From: a virus
Lineage: Duplodnaviria; Caudoviricetes
Virus record (IMG/VR): IMGVR_UViG_3300022666_000258
Coordinates: 1-28,452 of that record
Length of the DNA stretch: 28,452 nucleotides
Reading direction: 5' to 3' (one strand)
The translations under genes were made by a program, and so were the position numbers. This document shows positions 24,657-28,452 of the stretch, piece by piece. Position 1 is the stretch's first letter; every line of letters begins with the position of its first letter. The notes under the pieces are model-generated. The model did no database searches and was not told the origin of the DNA. It saw only the letters and a list, made by a program, of their open reading frames with translations.

Positions 24657-25424
24657 ATGCCGCGCGAAGTCGCAACCGAGTATTACTCCGGCCAGGGTAT
24701 CGTTTACCTGGCGGAGCTGTTGAACGGCGTTCCCCAAGGATTTGTCGATGTGGGCAACTGCCCGGACCTGAAGACCTCGCTCGAAGTCTCAACTTTCGAG
24801 AAAAAGGAAAGCCGCACAGGCGCCCGTCTGCTGGCCTTGCGCCAGACTACCGAGAAGAAGGCCACACTGGCATTCACGCTGGACAGTTTCCACAAGGAGA
24901 ACCTGCAAAAGGCCCTGTTCGGCGCGCTCACCACCGTCGCCACCGGATCCGTGACGGATGCGCCGGTTACCGCGCGCCTGGGAAAGGTTGTCCCGCTGCC
25001 GGACATCAAGGTCAGCTCGGTAGTGGTGAAATCAGATGACGTCACGCCGGTCACCTACGAGCTGGACAAGAACTACACCGTCAACGCCGATTCCGGATCA
25101 CTCTACATCATGACCGCGGCCGAGCAGACCGCCGCCGGAGCGGTCAACAGCATCGCGGACGCAGACGGTCTGGCAGTCTCTTACACCCGGGCCGACCAGG
25201 TGAACATTGAGGCGTTCGGCGACGCCGAAAAGGAGTACGCCCTGCGCTTCGAGGGACTGAACACGGTGGCCGCCAACGAGCCCGTTCTGCTTACCGCCCA
25301 TCGCGTGTGCCTCTCACCGCTGAAAACCCTGGCGCTCATCTCCGATGAGACGGCAACGCTGGAGCTGGAAGCGCCGGTTCTGGCGACCACCGAAGGCAAG
25401 TTTTTTACTGTCCGGAAGTTATAA
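24657..25424 (+). CDS. Major tail tube protein
   Basis: YYSGQG.VY; VGNC; ESRTG.R; ENL..ALFG; LRFEGLNT; AAGGAGGT RBS. Confidence 0.9.
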   Translation: MPREVATEYYSGQGIVYLAELLNGVPQGFVDVGNCPDLKTSLEVSTFEKKESRTGARLLALRQTTEKKATLAFTLDSFHKENLQKALFGALTTVATGSVTDAPVTARLGKVVPLPDIKVSSVVVKSDDVTPVTYELDKNYTVNADSGSLYIMTAAEQTAAGAVNSIADADGLAVSYTRADQVNIEAFGDAEKEYALRFEGLNTVAANEPVLLTAHRVCLSPLKTLALISDETATLELEAPVLATTEGKFFTVRKL

Positions 25425-25446
25425 GTCAGCCCACGGAGAATAATCA

Positions 25447-25845
25447 ATGCGCAAGCACGAAGTAATCGAAATCAACGGCAGGAAGATCACCGTCTCGGAA
25501 CTGAAGGCAAAGGACATCCTGTCTCTCATCCGGGGCGAGGACGGCAGGCTAGGGGCGGTGACCGTCTCGGAAGTGATCCGCAAGGCAGCGGAGGTTCTGC
25601 CCCTGGCGGTGGATTGCCCGGTGGAGGAACTGCAAGAGCTGGCCCCTTCGGAACTGGCGGCCGTGTGGGAGGCGTTCCGGCGGGTGAACTCGGTTTTTTT
25701 CGCGGTAGCGGGGACGCTGGGAGTGAAGGGCGTCCTCGAAGACCTGAGAAATTCAGCCGCGCGGACCTTCTCGACGCTCTATTTCTCCTCGTTGAGCGCG
25801 GCCACGGGCAGGCCGCCGGAGAGTACGGATACAGCCACTTCATAG
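25447..25845 (+). CDS. Tail assembly chaperone (G-like)
   Basis: ITVSELK; LAPSEL..VWEAF..VN..FF; lies between tube and tape measure. Confidence 0.85.
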   Translation: MRKHEVIEINGRKITVSELKAKDILSLIRGEDGRLGAVTVSEVIRKAAEVLPLAVDCPVEELQELAPSELAAVWEAFRRVNSVFFAVAGTLGVKGVLEDLRNSAARTFSTLYFSSLSAATGRPPESTDTATS

Positions 25846-25961
25846 CCGCTTTACAGGCGGTTTACAGGCACGATGAAGAGGCGATGAAGCGGGTCGCGAT
25901 AGCGGCCCGCATGGGGTATCACGCGGATGAGAAGGAGTTCGAGCAATGGATGAACCGGTAA
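25447..25961 (+). CDS. Frameshifted chaperone (GT-like, -1 frame extension)
   Basis: The -1 frame encodes LVERGH....EYGYSHF..AL to stop 25961 with no good start of its own; candidate slippery site T TTT TTC at 25695-25701. Confidence 0.65.
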
Positions 25962-25992
25962 GCAGCGCTGTCCGGAACAGGAGTAATGGCAT

Positions 25993-28452
25993 ATGGCCCA
26001 GCCATCCGTAATGGAAATCATCATCGCCGCCAGGGATGCGTTTTCCAGAACCTTCGACAATTTCAACGCCGGCCTGAGGGAGATGTCCAAGGCAATCTCC
26101 CTGGTGGGGATCGGCGCCCTGGCCAAGGACTGCATCGATGCGGCCCTGGAGGTGCAAAAGCTGGAGACATCGTTCCGCTCCGTGTCCGGCCAGGACGCGG
26201 CCCGTGAGATGGCGTTCGTGCGCGAGGAGGCCGGCCGTCTGGGTCTGGATATCGCCTCCGCCGGGCGCGAGTACGGCAAGCTGGCCGCCGCCTCCAAGGG
26301 CACGGCCCTGGAAGGCGAAGAGACCCGGCGCATATTCTCGGCGTTGTCCGAGGCGTCCACCGCCCTGGGGCTCTCCGGAGAGGAGGCCGCCGGGGCGCTG
26401 AACGCCGTGCAGCAGATGATCAGCAAGGGCAAGGTGTCCAGCGAAGAACTCCGCCAGCAACTGGGCGAACGGCTGCCGGGCGCATTCCAGATCGCGGCCA
26501 GGGCCATGGGGGTATCCACCGCCGAGCTGGACAAGATGCTGGAACAAGGCCAGGTGACCGCGGACGACATGCTGCCCAAGCTGGCCACAGCCCTGCATGA
26601 CACCTACGGCAAGGCCGCCGGGGAAGCGTCCCAGAAAGGCCAGGCCGCCATCAACCGCTTCAACAACGAGATGCTGGAGACAAAGGCGCAAGTGGGCGAG
26701 GCCCTGATGCCCGCGTTCAGCGACATCCTGAAGGGGATGAAACCCATCTCGGAAGCAATCGTGTTTTTGCTGAAAGGGTTCGCCTTTCTCGGCCCCCTGA
26801 TAGGCATGACCATGGACAAACTGGCCGCCCTGGCCAGGGCGCCGCTCGATGGCATTGACGCGACGAAAAAGAAGATGGCGGAGATTGAGGCCAGCTTTTT
26901 CAAGACCGTCGATGATATCCAGAAGAGATACAGCGGACATGCCGAAAGCTCCAAGAAGACCGATAAGGAACTGGCGGACGAGAAGGAAAGAAACGCGGGC
27001 CGCCTGACAGAGGCAGCCGAAAAGGCATCTCTATCCCAGATAAAGGCGGCCGAAGCGTACGCAAAGGCCGTAGGCGACACGGATCGGGAACTGACTGAGC
27101 AATATGAAAAGTCGTACCGGGAGAGAGTGGCCAAGGTAGAAGCGTACTATGACGGACAAATAAAGGCGGAAGAAAAAAACAAGGCTGTGATGGGATTCTG
27201 GCAGAAGGCCAAATTCGCGGAACTGGAACGGCTTGCCGAACAGCACAAAGGCGACGCCGAACTGATAGAAATGGACAAACAGGCCCGCCTTCTCGCCACG
27301 GCAAAGAAAGCCGGTGAAGACCACATTGCCTTAATCGAGCTCCAAATCGCCCAGGGCGCAAGGTCCGAGGCCGCAGGCACGGCCGAAATACTGGACATCA
27401 GGAACAAACAGGTAAAGGCCGAGGCCGAACTGGCGGAAAAGCGGTTCCGGCAAATAGCGGCGACATATGACGCTGATTCAGAAGAGTACAAAAAAGCAGA
27501 GGAGACGAAACTACAGGCGGCAAAGATATACACCCAGTCGCAAATCGATCTGGCGCGGTCCGCTGCCCAGGCCAAACGGGAGGAGCTGGCAAAATCCTCC
27601 CTGGATTACCAGCTGGAGCTGCAAAAGCGCCTGGACTGGCTGCATGACAGTGAGCGGGACGGGCTCATCAGCCACCAGCAGGCCGCCCGCGACAAGCTGG
27701 AGGCGGAAAAGAACTATCTGGCCCAGGTGGCGGAACTGAAACGGCGGGAGCTGGCCGATAGCGCGCCCGGCACGGTGGCATACAAGCAGGCCCTAGGGGA
27801 GAGATACGAGGCCGACCGGGCCTACGCCGAAAAAAGGAAAGAGCTGGAAGACCAGATCAACGCCGATATCATCACCGGAAACGAAAGGGCGGCCGCCGAG
27901 GCGAAAAAGGCGGCGGCTGAAGGGGCGGCGGCCTTCCGCGCCCTGGGCGAGGGCTTCTATGCCCAGTGGGACGCCATCACCAACCGCGTCATCGCCCTGG
28001 GGCCGAAGGTGGCGGCGGCCTTCGGCGTCTCCATCAAGGACACGGCCCTGGATACCGTGGCCAAATTGCAGGTCAAACTGGAAGAGGTGGCGGTGTCGGC
28101 CCGCAAGGCCGCCGAGGCCGCGCGGGATATCGGCCTGTTTTCCAGCCTGCTGGGGGAGCACGCCAAGAAGGCCGAGCAGCTCGCCTACCGCTATTACAGC
28201 CAGCGGCTGGCGGTTACGGAGCTGACCGGACAGTTGAAGAAAATGGGCCTGGCCACCGACTGGCAGCTTCGCAGCGCCGCCTCGCTGGTTCAGAAAATGG
28301 ACCTCTTGAACGATTCCGACCTGACAGACGTGCGCGGCGAGATAGACCGCCTCACCCAGTCCCTGAAGGAGGCCGAAGAGCAGGCCGAAGACACGGTGAA
28401 CAGCCTGCGCGACGAGCTGGACCAGATGCTGGGCAACAAGGAGGCCATCGAG
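25993..28452 (+). CDS. Tape measure protein (partial; runs off the window end)
   Basis: AGGAG RBS; MAQPSVMEIIIAARD; QMISKGKVSSEELRQQLGERLPGA tape-measure domain; frame open to the end. Confidence 0.93.
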   Translation, partial: MAQPSVMEIIIAARDAFSRTFDNFNAGLREMSKAISLVGIGALAKDCIDAALEVQKLETSFRSVSGQDAAREMAFVREEAGRLGLDIASAGREYGKLAAASKGTALEGEETRRIFSALSEASTALGLSGEEAAGALNAVQQMISKGKVSSEELRQQLGERLPGAFQIAARAMGVSTAELDKMLEQGQVTADDMLPKLATALHDTYGKAAGEASQKGQAAINRFNNEMLETKAQVGEALMPAFSDILKGMKPISEAIVFLLKGFAFLGPLIGMTMDKLAALARAPLDGIDATKKKMAEIEASFFKTVDDIQKRYSGHAESSKKTDKELADEKERNAGRLTEAAEKASLSQIKAAEAYAKAVGDTDRELTEQYEKSYRERVAKVEAYYDGQIKAEEKNKAVMGFWQKAKFAELERLAEQHKGDAELIEMDKQARLLATAKKAGEDHIALIELQIAQGARSEAAGTAEILDIRNKQVKAEAELAEKRFRQIAATYDADSEEYKKAEETKLQAAKIYTQSQIDLARSAAQAKREELAKSSLDYQLELQKRLDWLHDSERDGLISHQQAARDKLEAEKNYLAQVAELKRRELADSAPGTVAYKQALGERYEADRAYAEKRKELEDQINADIITGNERAAAEAKKAAAEGAAAFRALGEGFYAQWDAITNRVIALGPKVAAAFGVSIKDTALDTVAKLQVKLEEVAVSARKAAEAARDIGLFSSLLGEHAKKAEQLAYRYYSQRLAVTELTGQLKKMGLATDWQLRSAASLVQKMDLLNDSDLTDVRGEIDRLTQSLKEAEEQAEDTVNSLRDELDQMLGNKEAIE

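Larger units (their letters stand above)
1..28452. mobile_element. Lambda-like temperate siphophage/prophage (partial; neither end, nor the integrase, is in the window)
   Basis: Ordered regulatory, replication, cos/terminase, head and tail modules; GpA terminase, lambda-type portal, S49 protease, gpD, gpE and tape measure. Confidence 0.97.

Noticed and set aside
25986-26207. 73-aa ORF at the tape measure start
   Set aside because: Its ATG is too close to the RBS; the real frame starts at 25993

Overview
The whole window is the central part of a temperate, lambda-like long-tailed (sipho-type) prophage or phage. It is GC-rich, and a deltaproteobacterial (Geobacter/Desulfuromonas-like) host is only my impression. 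Left to right: an AT-richer leftward pair (HNH nuclease and a Cys-His-Asp protein); Cro/Ner-like and CII-like regulators; small early genes with an antisense moron and a highly structured intergenic RNA; a split primase plus SF3 (P4/D5) helicase; an iteron-rich origin; a displaced gpZ-like tail gene; a lambda-like cos; a cargo operon (IS1595-like Zn/HTH protein, DnaN clamp, MazG-like protein, half-size PnuC, ParB-methyltransferase); TerS and TerL (GpA); an Xis-like HTH; an orphan hicB with a truncated hicA; then head (gpW, portal, S49 protease/scaffold, gpD, gpE), holin-like genes with no visible endolysin, a fibre module, head-tail joining, tail tube, chaperones, and a tape measure gene running off the right end. 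The most unusual points are a signal-peptide-like leader on the major capsid protein, a lipoprotein signal on a virion-type protein, and a leaderless late promoter preceded by five 9-bp tandem repeats. All family calls come from motif recognition by eye; no searches were run.
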